A stretch of DNA of 63,413 nt, counting the filler, from Olpidium bornovanus S191 (lineage: Eukaryota; Fungi; Olpidiomycota), in NCBI GenBank assembly GCA_017911155.1. It is 27 parts of 27 records of this genome, joined end to end, with 100 filler letters (N's around TTAATTAATTAA, not from the genome) between each part and the next. Parts side by side here need not be neighbours in the genome. Positions count along the whole stretch, not along the records: positions 27,357 to 33,258 come from JAEFCI010002091.1; positions 33,359 to 34,569 come from JAEFCI010012444.1; positions 34,670 to 35,841 come from JAEFCI010008419.1; positions 35,942 to 37,419 come from JAEFCI010003785.1; positions 37,520 to 38,599 come from JAEFCI010004140.1; 22 more parts are not named here. One strand, given 5' to 3'. Positions 27,357-38,258 of the stretch are shown here, in pieces; position 1 is the first letter of the stretch; every line of letters begins with the position of its first letter. The notes under the pieces were generated by a model that was given only the letters and a program-made list of their open reading frames with translations, was not told where the DNA came from and searched no databases. The position numbers and the translations under genes were made by a program.

Positions 27357-29200
27357 CCCGCGGGACCCTCAGCGCAGGCGGCCAGGAACTCCCCCCAAGA
27401 CATCGAGACTTCCTGCTTGAGGAAACGTTCTTCCACGAACAATTCGACATCAAACCCCTCTTGGACCTCACATCGGAGACACCCTCGAAGGGCCTTGTTC
27501 CTAGCCGGGGCCGGTACAGCTTTTTTCTGGACACCCTCCCGTTCCTGCTGGCCGCGTGGAAGGGGGGTGTCCCGTCCCCTTCCCACGCCGGCTTCACGTA
27601 GACCGGGCTGAACTATTGGTGCTTGAACTTCGACCGGCGTCCTCGCCCCCTTCACCGTGCGGTCGCCGGCTCCAACCCATGTCTGCTTCTTGTCCACCCA
27701 TGCAATGATATTGTTGCTGACTGTCCGCTCGGGCCCTCCCGGCAGACCCCACTCCCTGAAGTCGCATCCTCGGTCCCACCCAAAATCTCCCTCAGCCCCG
27801 CAACTCCACTCACCTTGCAGCTCATCTTCTCCCTTCTCCCGCAGTTGGATCGCGTAGCCGTGTGCGGGCCCGCCGGTTGACGGGCCCCCAGACTGTTGAG
27901 GCCCCAGTCCCCGCTCTTCTCGGACCGTCTGACGAATTCCCCCTCTCCCGAACCTTACTCCCAGCACGCTTCCGTTCGGCCTGCAGATCCTTCCGGCCAC
28001 TAACTGGACTGCTCTTACATTCAACGCAGCTTAGAAATTGGGGCATGGTACCCGCCGATGGCCCGGCGTGTCGCACAAAATGCACAAATTTCTTTGGCCC
28101 TGGTCTTGCTGAGCTGGCGGGGCCCAAGCAAACCCTTGATCCGGCCGCCCCATCGAAGGTCTCATTGATGAGTTCGCCCTTAAGGCTGCCAAAGCCAGCA
28201 AGCGGTTGAGATCCAGTCTGAGCGCTCCCATGTGCCGGGTAAGTTCATCCATCTCCGCTTCCTTCCTTGGTCCCCTGTTGGCGGCTGGTCCTGATGGGGG
28301 CCCTCCTCTCGTCGGTTGGTCTTGCCTTGTCTCCACGTCGGTGACCGCCGTCTCCACTCTCCGAAGCAACCTATCGCCTCGCGACATTTCAAGGACAACC
28401 TCGGCCACTTGCGCCCAATCTTCCACCAGATTCTCACCATCGCGGAGCCGTTACATCGCCTCTGTCCGCCTGTTAGCCGGCAGCGCCCGGAGCAGGAACT
28501 CCGTGCGGTCGTAAAACCTTGCCCTCTCACGCTGGTCGAGTTGCTCAAACTTCCGGTTGAACTCACGCATCACCGCTTTTGGGTCCGCGCCGTCGCGAGG
28601 TGCCTCAACCCACTTTATAAAGCGTCTTGGTGTCATCCTTGTTAAGTCCGTAGGCCTGAACGTCTTTCTCAGCCTCTCCTTTGCTTCCTTCCAAGACCCA
28701 CCCTCCGTCACGACCGCGACTCGGTCATTGCCGTCTTCGTGTACCGTCAGCCTAAAGTAGCGAAGGTGTTCCGCGTCGGAGAGCTCCCATTATCGAACCG
28801 TTGTCTCGAACATCCGCAAGTAGCCCAATATATTCTCCTCGCGGAACAGCTTCGCATCCTTGGTGAATTGGACCGTCGCCGCGTGGACTTCCGCAGGCCG
28901 CATCTGCGCAGCAAGCGCACGCACGTCCAGAGGCCCCTTCTCCATCGTTACTGTCTCTTCGCCCCCGGGGCACTCTCGTGCGGGCTCTTCTTGCTCTCGC
29001 GTCTCGTCGGTCCTGCCCGGGAGCGCCAATTTGTCGGGAGACTTTCAACTCCGACGGGGTTTTTTTTGGCAGGCTTGAACGGGCAGCTGTGGGCTGCTTT
29101 ACCATCGCAGTTAGCCGCAGGTACAGGTGACCGCGAGATGCCGAGGTTCCCTCCTGGTAGCCGTCAAAGCCTCCTTTGACGCGAGCTCTGGCACCCCTTC
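27357..29200 (-). mobile_element. Degenerate Ty3/gypsy gag with CCHC zinc knuckle and start of pol
   Basis: Gag helices (FREENILGYLRMFETTVR*...SWKEAKERLRKTF...MREFNRKFEQL) and zinc knuckle CILCDTPGHRRVPC (C-x2-C-x4-H-x4-C) at about 28040-28085. In-frame stops and frameshifts. Confidence 0.85.
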
Positions 29201-29454
29201 TCTGTTCCCTACTACTGCCCTCCAACCTCGGGAGCTGCCGGCCGCTCGTCCGAGAGCATTGCAGTCGAAGGCAGTCGGAACTGGGCTCCTTTGGGACTCC
29301 GTTGAGAGACTACCGACGCTTCCTTGAAGGGTACTACATTTGTTTTTATTTCGCGGTCTTTTATGCGCTTCGGTGGGGAAAGCGGAAATCGTTGCAAGTG
29401 TGCGATGGGGGGGGGGATTTCTATGCGCAAAGCCGGAGGGTGCGGGGGGGAAAT

Positions 29455-29754
29455 TCCCCTCTGACAGCGGCAGCCGAGGCTGCGACGAGCTCTGACTCCG
29501 TTGAGGACAGGGTCACGCACGACTGCTTGGTGGTTTTCCAAATGATAGATACACCGGCGAAAAATATGACATATCCTGTGATCGACTTCCTGTGAGTCGT
29601 GTCATTCGCGTATTCATCGTCTGCATACGCGCACAGTTTTTGTTTGGAAGGTGAGATCCCGATCCTAAATCGGATGCCCAAGGCAGATGTGCCTTTTAGA
29701 TAACGAGGAGTCCGCTTAAGCGCCTGCCAGTGATCGTCTCCAGGATTCGCCATG
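29455..29754 (-). mobile_element. Ty1/copia RT-end/RNase H fragment
   Basis: MANPGDDHWQALKRTPRYLKGT...YADDEYANDTTHRKSITGYVIFFAGVSIIWKTTKQSCVTLSSTESELVAAS. Confidence 0.9.
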
Positions 29755-30712
29755 TGTTGCGCCCGAAATATTCGTACCGCTCTCAGACCCCTCGTAGCCA
29801 AAACGAAAACACCAAAATAAAAACGACAGGTTATGAGCCCAAGGCTCCGCTGACCGCGCAGCCACCTCGGAAGCCCTCCGCGCTTCGTCTTCGCCGTCGC
29901 CGCCTCGCGCTTCGCCGTTGCTGCCATCGCCGCGCTTCGCCGTTGCCGCCATCGCCGCGCTTTGCCGTTGCCGCCATCGCCGCGCTTCGCCGTTGCCGCC
30001 ATCGCCGCGCTTCGCCGTCGCCGCACCGCGCTTCGCCGTCGCGCACTGCCTTCGCCGTCGCGCACGGCCTTCGCCGTCGCGCACCGCCTTCGCCGTCGCG
30101 CACCGCCTTCGCCGTCGCGCACCGCCTTCGCCGTCGCGCACCGCCTTCGCCGTCACGACCCGCCTTCGCCGTCACGACCCGCGCTTCGGCTCCGCCTCCA
30201 CCAAAAAAAAAAAAAAACCCTCAGCCATCGCCGCCTCCGCCGTCGCCGCGCCCCGCGCGTCGGCTCCACCTCCTCCGCCGTCGCCGCGCCCCGCGCTTCG
30301 GCTCCACCTTCTCTGCCGTCGCCGCGCCCCGCGCTTCGGCTGCGCGCTTCGCCGTCGCCGCAGCTTTCGCGGCCGCCACACCCGCGCTTCGGCTCTGCCT
30401 TCGCCGCCGCCGCGCCCCGCGCTTCGGCTCCGCCCTCCGCCGTCGCCGCGCCCTGCGCTTCGGCTCCGCCTTCGCCGTAGCCGCGCCACGCGCTTCGCCG
30501 TCGCCGCCATCGCCGCAGACTTTGCGGCCGCCACCTTCTGCGCGCCAACCGCCGCGCGCCACTCGCCGCGCACCACCCGCCGTGCTTTTCGCGCCGCACA
30601 TGGAGGGAAACCCAAGCACCTCATCACGGGCGGCTCTGCCCGAACAGCTGCGCGCGCTACGAGAAAAGGTGCCAGTGACGGTGCCGTTGTCAGCAACAGC
30701 GGCGCGTGACTA
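29755..30712 (+). mobile_element. Short-LTR copia-type element: 74-bp 5' LTR + PBS + GC-rich tandem-repeat internal region
   Basis: TGTTG...CGACA (29755-29828) directly followed by GGTTATGAGCCCA (29829-29841), then degenerate (CGCTTCGCCGTCGCCG)n arrays. The same LTR end, PBS and following AGGCTCCGCTGACCGC occur at 38358-38397. Confidence 0.7.
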
Positions 30713-30899
30713 GACCAAAGAGCTGAGCCCAGCGGCAGGAACGACTGTAAGTGCCTTTCCCAGCTTCGTCCGCCCTGCCCTTCCCTACAAAAGGGACGAC
30801 ACACAGGTTACCATCAGACCGCGCGCAACTGCGAAGCGTAACCCGGCTCACGATCCTAACCATGACTTATACGAGGAGGACGAAAACGCGCGGTGCGCT

Positions 30900-31622
30900 G
30901 AATTGCTGCGAGTGCATTTTTCGTCCGAACTCGAGGCGTCACAAGCGCAGGAAAGGCGTGAGCGCGCACATGAGCGCGAAGAGGACCACTCTGCTATTAA
31001 CCAGCTTGCTCAGCTCGTTCAACAGCTCGTCTTGCAGGTAGGAACCGTGGGAGCCGGTCAGCAAGCCGTTCCTCTGCCTCCATTTGGCAACGACCCAGCC
31101 ACAAATACAGGCGGAAATTGTGCAGAAGAAGGAGAACTTTTCGGACGACGAGGAAGCCGTTTCGGTTGGGCCCTCCCAAGTCTCCAGCACTGCGTCCCGC
31201 TCAGGCGCGGAAACACAAAGACAGCAAGTTTCCTATTCCATGATTAAACCCCTACTGACACAGGTACCCGTTTATGACGGACACGGAGGTGCCACAATCT
31301 TCGAAACTTTTATCACCAAGTTCGATGCCTACCATCACCACTGCGACGGCCTTGTACCAGAAGACCTCCAGCTCCAACAAGCAGTGGCCAAGTTCGAAAC
31401 ATCAGCCGCTGCCTTCTGGCTCTGATGACAAGAAACACCCCATCGGTGACCCTGACAGATGGTCCTTTTGGGAACAGCTGCGGCAGGCCCTACATCAACA
31501 TTTTTACACTGCGCATTACGATAACCAAATACACACTAAACTACTAACCATTACTCACGCAAAATACCACACAGTCCACAGCTATATCGACGCGTTTAAT
31601 GCGCTTTATATGCAACTCACGT
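30900..31622 (+). mobile_element. Degenerate retrotransposon gag (Retrotrans_gag-like)
   Basis: VPVYDGHGGATIFETFITKFDAY...AVAKFETSAAAFW...WEQLRQALHQHF...TVHSYIDAFNALYMQL. Frameshifted and cut off by an LTR at 31623. Confidence 0.75.
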
Positions 31623-31744
31623 TGTAGTGGGCTGGCTCCTCTCAACGTCGACTAGGCACGTGACCTGTACCTATATAACCAGTCGGCCCCCGGGCCCACC
31701 TGAATAGACCCGAAGTCCAGTCCTCCCTCCGACGTCTCACTACA
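31623..31744 (+). mobile_element. 122-bp LTR with perfect 7-bp terminal inverted repeats
   Basis: TGTAGTG...TATATAA...CACTACA, followed by AAGTGGGGAATCC (possible PBS). Confidence 0.7.
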
Positions 31745-31799
31745 AAGTGGGGAATCCGAGGAAGAACCATCCTTCGACCAGCCTCCCTTTCGACCAGCT

Positions 31800-32235
31800 C
31801 CCCCACTCCTGCGCTTCGCCCTCCCCCGCGCCTGCGCTCGCCCTCCGCCGCGCCTGCACTTCGCCTCCGCCGCGCCAGCACTTCGCCTCCGCCGCGCCCG
31901 CGTTTCGCCTCCGCCGCGCCCGCGCTTCGCCTCCGCCGCGCCCGCGCTTCGCCTCCGCCGCGCCCGCGCTTCGCCTCAGCCGCGCCCGCGCTTCGCCTCC
32001 GCCGCGCCCGCGCTTCGCCCTCCGCCGCGCCCGCGCTTCGCCCTCCGTCGCGCCCGCGCTTCGCCCTCCGCCGCGCCCGTGCTTCGCCCTCCGCCGCGCC
32101 CGCGCTTCGCCCTCCGCCGTGCGCGCGCTTCGCCCTTTGCCGCGCCGGCGCTTCGCTCCCCGTCGCGCCCGAGCTTCGCTCCCCGCCGCGCCCGCGCTCT
32201 GTCCCCGCTGCGCCCGCGCTCAGCCCGCCGCCGCG
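31800..32235. repeat. GC-rich degenerate minisatellite (CGCGCTTCGCCTCCGCCG)n
   Basis: Tandem degenerate units, related in composition to the arrays at 29870-30520 and 38440-38599. Confidence 0.9.
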
Positions 32236-33358
32236 TTTGTTTTTTGAGCTTATTTTTGCTCACTGAGCTTAATTTTGCTCACCGCGCTTTCGTTTTTGCT
32301 TGCTCCATTGCTTTTGCCTTCGACGACAGCCGCTCACGATGCCTTTGCCGCGTCGTTGACGCCGTAAAGGCGCGACGCCGCTGCTGCTGTCGCCCCACAT
32401 AACGGCGACCCGCACCGCTCTCCCGCAGACGGCCATCCCGCCGTCAAACACGTCGACCTCTGTTGTTCGTTCGGCCGCGTTGTCCCCCGCGCCCGTTGCC
32501 GCGTCGTCATCCGCGCCCATCGACCCCACCGCCGTCCCCATCCCGCCGTCGCCGTCTTTCGACGCCCAGATGGATCTATGGCCGCTTCGCGTCCCCATGT
32601 TCATTCCCGAACAGGCACCCGACGCCACGCCAGCCGCCACGTCCGCCGCTGCGCCCGCCGCTTCGTCCGCCTGTGTCGGACTCGACAATACCGCAAACGC
32701 TCCTGACGCCGTTCTTCGTCAGCAGAAGCTTGTTGGACTCGCTGAGTGGCGCACTTCGATCGTTGCCCGCGTTGGTGCTGTTACCGCGGCTGCGCTTTTA
32801 ACCGATGTTGACGCCGCCCTTCCCGCCATCGTCGACGACCCGTCTATTTCGTTGCAGGAGTTGAGCGTTACCTACGCCTCGCTCGACGAGCGCCTCATTG
32901 AGATGGCTGCCTCGTACCGTGCGCCGAGCCGCTCCCTGTCGCTTCTCCAGGCGAGCCTCGACCGCACGGCTGCTCGACTCGCGGACCCCTTGACGACTGT
33001 TCGCCCGTCGACCGCGCGTATTCCGTCTCATTCGCCCCCCGCTCGGTCTCGTTGTCGTTCTTCGACGAACCGCCGCCGCCGCCGCCAACGATCGTCCTTC
33101 TCGTCGACCGAAAGCTCGTCCGAATCGTCGTCTTCCAATTCGGAGGAAGATCGCTCGCCGTCCCCGATCTCCCGCCGTCCCTCTGGTGGTGCTGCGTCGA
33201 CCGGCGTTTCCCGTGTCGTCCCTCACGGCCGCCGAGTCCGCATGTCTCCCGTGTGGGANNNNNNNNNNNNNNNNNNNNNNNNNNNNNNNNNNNNNNNNNN
33301 NNTTAATTAATTAANNNNNNNNNNNNNNNNNNNNNNNNNNNNNNNNNNNNNNNNNNNN

Positions 33359-34569
33359 CATGCGAGCAGGCCTTAATTTCGGTGACGACAATCCCCTCGC
33401 GACGCGACGATCGTCCGCAACAATTCTTATAAGCACTTCCGCCGGCATCGTGGTGCTCGACGCCAGTTCGTTCGATGCCCTTAACACTTTTGAGTTCCGA
33501 GATCCGCTTCCTCTTCCCGCGGGACGGCCTAAATCGAGAGCCGCAGGTGCACACGTCGACGGTTCTTTCCGCGTGCCGTTCCCGTCGACTTTTGCCGTCG
33601 CTCACGTCGAGAATTGGCCGTCGACGTATATTATCGGCATCGGAAGCGCATTCGGGAGTTCGTTCACGGTCTTGCACCTGAAGGCGCCGACTCACCCGCC
33701 GTTGTTGAGCTCCTCACAACGGATGACGGAAATACCTGCCCTGAAAGACTCCGTATTCGCCGCCGTTTCCGCAGAACTGTCAGGCACTGACTCGCTGCCG
33801 AGAGTTGTTAGATTGCTTTTGCAGCTCGAAGTGCGCGGCGCGTGGCTAGACGGCGTCTACAGGGATAGCATCAGAGCGTTGGCTGCGGTTGGGATCCGCA
33901 GGATCGCGGACCTGCACAAGGTGTTGGAACCGGACGTTCTCAAGGGCACAACGTGCATTCCGAAATTTCTGCTGCAGGGTCTTGCAGAGATTGCGTTGAA
34001 GTTGCGAAAGGAGAAGGCCTTCGGCAACGAGGAGTCCAGAATGCCGTTGACGCTCGCCCTTCCCGAACGCGCTATCCTGCCTGCCGGATCACCACTGCGC
34101 AATTTCCGGTTTGTGGAGAAGCCGGTGTACTCACCGCCGATGAGGCCGCTGCGTCAGAGTTTAGGAAAACAGAAAGCCGCGTCGCTGGACATGCCCATCA
34201 CTTACAGGTCCAAGATCCCGTCCTCTGGTTACACCTCGTCGCCGAAAATTGGGATGCGCAAGGCTAACGTCAATTCACCGAGATCCAAAGGTCCCAATTC
34301 CCTCAAAACATCCAATGCCGAAGACAGGGAGCGCCAGCTATCGGATTACCGGCGGTTTGCAGAGCGCGTCAGGCAGCCAGACAAGGCGCTGGCGGTACAA
34401 TGTCACTGTGCCACCGTGACTAGCGTCCAGCACTCGCCGGCCGGGACGCATGTTTCGACGGCGTCCGCAGATTCCAATGCCAGGTGGCTCCGCATCCCAG
34501 GGCGCGCCCCAACCACTGCCCCGGCGATTAGGGATCTCATCGGCCACGATGCGGCGGTGAACTGCGTCA
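33359..34569 (+). CDS. WDR27-like WD40 protein, large internal exon
   Basis: About 400 codons open across the whole contig. DMPITYRSKIPSSGYTSSP and LIGHDAAVNCV match my recollection of WDR27 (DQPLVFHSKVRSSGYASAP; GHDGAVNAV). Confidence 0.75.
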
Positions 34570-34686
34570 NNNNNNNNNNNNNNNNNNNNNNNNNNNNNNN
34601 NNNNNNNNNNNNNTTAATTAATTAANNNNNNNNNNNNNNNNNNNNNNNNNNNNNNNNNNNNNNNNNNNNCCCCCCCCATCTCTCCC

Positions 34687-34727
<41 letters not shown>

Positions 34728-34739
34728 CCCCACGAACAG

Positions 34740-35187
34740 GGCTTCGAGGAGGGGATCACCCAAATCACCCGCGCGCCCGGGGCCAGGGAGGCGCCCGCTG
34801 CGGGGGGAGGAGCGGCGGTGCCGGCCTCTGTCTGGAACTTCCCGCTGGAGATATCCTTCCGGTCGACGAACGCGTTTGGCTGGCCGCAGATCGTCCTGGC
34901 CGTGTGCGGCTTGGACGCGCTCGGCCGCGACGTGGTCAAGGGGTACGGGGCGGCGAGGCTGCCGATCGAGGCCGGTAGGGGGGAGAGAGAGAGAGAGAGA
35001 GAGGGGGGGCGGAGGATTCTTAGTGGCCCGAGTCAGGAGCCAAGGAACAGTCAAGGCGGTCGTCGACGCCACGGTCGAGGACATGGAGAAGATTGGCTAC
35101 TCGGTCGGACGGCGTCCGGCGTCGTCGCCGCTGTACGAGTCGCAGGCCCCGAGGGCGTTATCGCCGCAAAGCTTAGCGAGCCGGTCC
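34740..35187 (+). CDS. B9D1: B9 domain protein 1 (ciliary transition-zone MKS module), partial
   Basis: [11 protein letters not shown]...[45 protein letters not shown] | [10 protein letters not shown]...EDMEKIGY; diagnostic B9D1 motifs. Confidence 0.9.
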
Positions 35188-35798
35188 GGTAAATTAAAAA
35201 AAAAAAAGAAAAACAATAAAACAAACAACCCGACGCTGCTGGCGGCCCTCCGGCGGAGGGATGGCAGCGTCAGGCTCACGTCAAGGCGGCTCTGCGTGCC
35301 GTACCGCCCGCGAAGACTTGCGTCCACGCGAGAGGGAGGGGGGGAGAAAGGGGGCCGCAGCGCAGCCTCTGGATATGCCGACCGAGTTTTTTGCCCGAAA
35401 TCCCGGCGTTCGGCGGGGACCGACGCCGAAAGCCGTCGAATGGGGGGAGGGGTGCGGCGTGGGGCGGCGGCTTGGCCTTTTTTCTAGGACGGAAGGGAGA
35501 GAGCAGAAGACGCCGGGCCGTCGCGAAGCGGACGGTTTTCAATCTCCCGGAAATTGACTTGACTTCCTCGTAAGCGGTTTGCGACGGCGGGTCCAACAGG
35601 AAGCCCCCATCCCCCCCACCCCTCCCCCTCCTCCTACAACACACACCCCCCCCCACCACTTGCTGCGTAAAATTGAGATCGAACAGAAATTCGGCGAACG
35701 CAGGAGTGAGAAGGCCAGAGAAAGGGGACGGCGGAAACGGGCCAGCAGCCCGCGCAAGCCGCACGCTCTCGAGCGCCAGGAAGAAAGGAGGGCGGGGT

Positions 35799-35841
<43 letters not shown>

Positions 35842-36319
35842 NNNNNNNNNNNNNNNNNNNNNNNNNNNNNNNNNNNNNNNNNNNNTTAATTAATTAANNN
35901 NNNNNNNNNNNNNNNNNNNNNNNNNNNNNNNNNNNNNNNNNCCCCCGCACCATACAACAAGACCACGTGAGGCTCCGTCGTCGACAAGGTTCCGTCATGC
36001 GAGACACGAGCCGGAGCACCAAACTGTTCCCTTTTCTTTTCTTTTTTTTTCTCTCTTCCCCTTCCTCCTTTTTGTTTGTTAGACATGATACGAACCGAGA
36101 GTACTGCAGAGAAATTTCCGCAATTTTTTCTCCCCTTTCTTTTACCGCCGAATCCTACTCTTTTTTCCTTTTTTGCTTGAGACATCTTTTCTCCCTTCCT
36201 GTTCTGTGGACGCGGACTTGCGGGGGGGGTGTTGGTACTCAAGCCCTCACTGCCCTCAAAGTAGTAACCGCCCGAACCCAAAATAAACCAAACACAACAA
36301 AACCAAAAACCACATATCC

Positions 36320-37419
36320 GCCATCCGGTTATCCTTCCCGCGTATGTGTATGATCTCGAAACCATACTCCTTGACATCCGCCAGCCATCGGCAGCTGGAA
36401 GCATCCGCGGCATCACAGTTCGTGAGCATGCCTACAAGGGGTCTGCAATTGGTCTTGAGGATAACGTTAGCACCCAACACATACCGGCGCTCCTCTCGGA
36501 GCGCCTGCCACAACGCGTAGAGCTCCCTCTTTGTCCGGCCGTATGCCGCTGTGCCTCGTTGAACGTCTTCGCCCCAAATCGCGCCGGCCGGCGATTTTCG
36601 CCGCTTCCTTGTGAAAGCACCCAACCGGCTGCATTCGGCCCAGCGTCCACCGTGAGGAAGATCTGTTCCGCGCCCGCGCCGTAGTCCAACTCTTTCAATG
36701 TCGGGGCCGCCATCAACGCTTCTTTCAGCCCTTCCATAGCAGCGCCGCAGTCAGCCGTCCACGCCCAGGGCACCCCTTTGCGGAGCAACGCGTACAGCGG
36801 CGCGGCGGTCTCCTCGTAATGCGGGATGAAATCACGGTAGACCCCCAAGGCCCCGAGGAATCGACGCACTTCCTTTACTGTTTTGCACGCCCCAATTGCT
36901 TGGAGCCCTTGTGCCTTCCCTTCCTCCACTCGTTTGCCATAAGGTCCGCACCGAAAACCCAGCAACGGAATCTCGCGTACCCCGAATCGAGACTTTGCCC
37001 CAGAGAACGTCAGCCCGACTTCTTCGGCGCGCTGCAAAACCCGCTCGACATCCGCGATATGGTCCATAACGAAAGCCCGAACGCCTGGCTTGACCTCAGT
37101 TGTATCTTCGTGCCCTGCCAAGGCACCTTTCATCGGCACGTCATCGATGAATGGTTGGAGTATACCTGGGACAAATACCTGGGACATTCGAATACCTGGG
37201 ACATATTAACCTCCTTGCGGCACAACCGCCATTCGCAAGAGACCAAAGGGCGTCCTCATGGCCGTCAGATCCCGGCTTCGCTCCTCCAACTGGAATTGGT
37301 CATACCTGCTGAACAGACCTGCAAAGCTGTACACCGCTCAGCCGGCAAACCCATCGATGACGTCGTCAATGGTGGGCCCTACGCTCACGTTGCGAATGGT
37401 CACCGCATTGAGGGGCTGA
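36320..37419 (-). mobile_element. Degenerate Ty3/gypsy reverse transcriptase + RNase H
   Basis: RYDQFQL...TAMRTPFGLLRMAVVPQG; FIDD catalytic motif; VRRFLG; TVDAGPNAAGWVLSQ; KRELYAL; IHIRGKDNRMAD. Stops and frameshifts present. Confidence 0.95.
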
Positions 37420-37599
37420 NNNNNNNNNNNNNNNNNNNNNNNNNNNNNNNNNNNNNNNNNNNNTTAATTAATTAANNNNNNNNNNNNNNNNNNNNNNNNN
37501 NNNNNNNNNNNNNNNNNNNGATCCCAAATTTCACCAGTAGTAGAGTGAAAGACCGAAGCCTCGGGGTTTGACTTAGCGGGAATCTCATATTCGGGTGCT

Positions 37600-38258
37600 G
37601 GAGATGGCGCAGAGGCAATCTGTGGATTGGCAGGAACCGGAGTAACCGGCCGTCCTGGGAGATGGGAAGGATTTCCGGCTTCTCCGAAATAAGTGATCCC
37701 CTGCATGGTGCAGCCGCACCGGGACCATGCGCAGCCGCAGCTGCTTTGTCCGCAGCAATCTCGGCCGGTGAACATTGCTTCCGGGGTCCGCGGACCCGCT
37801 TCGCCGCAGCGATTGAAGTAGCGGGCAGGCTGGAACGAGCAGCATGAGCAGGCACTGGAGGGCTTGTCAGGGCGAGGTTCCTCGCACTGGGAGCAGGCGT
37901 CCCCGCAAGCCGTGGAGTATTACTCGGGGACCCGGTAGTTTCCATCGCAACCCTGGCTGGGACGTTCCGAGCCTCGTTGATGGGCGACCGAGTGATTCAG
38001 GCCGAGTTCGCAAATCCATCCGGCAACTCATTCGCTAGGCGGTTGAGGTGAAAAAGCTTGGAGCCCTCAGTCTCTGCTAGTGCAGTGCGCGGATCAGGAT
38101 TCATCGTGAGAGACTCGGGAGCCGCAAAATTCAAGCCGGCAGCGCTATCAGAATTTCCCTCAGTACTTAGCTTAGAGAAAATATTCTCGTCAAATATGCA
38201 GTTATCGAATCGGGCACGCAGCAACGATCCAGTTGACGGGTCCAGGTAACGGATGATG
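37600..38258 (-). mobile_element. Ty1/copia integrase-to-RT linker fragment
   Basis: IIRYLDPSTGSLLRARFDNCIFDENIF...DPRTALAETEGSKLFHLNRLANELPDGF, a recognisable copia post-integrase motif. Confidence 0.8.

Noticed and set aside
29860-30800. Many overlapping 110-330 aa Arg/Ala/Pro-rich ORFs on both strands (also 31750-32400, 17000-18150, 43600-44700, 48930-49640)
   Set aside because: They arise from GC-rich tandem repeats, UTRs and introns that lack stop codons; no domain signal.
33359-35841. Apparent cluster of ciliary genes (WDR27-like next to B9D1; CCDC57-like next to CCDC81-like at 50902-55699)
   Set aside because: Each pair is separated by an artificial spacer, so adjacency carries no linkage information.
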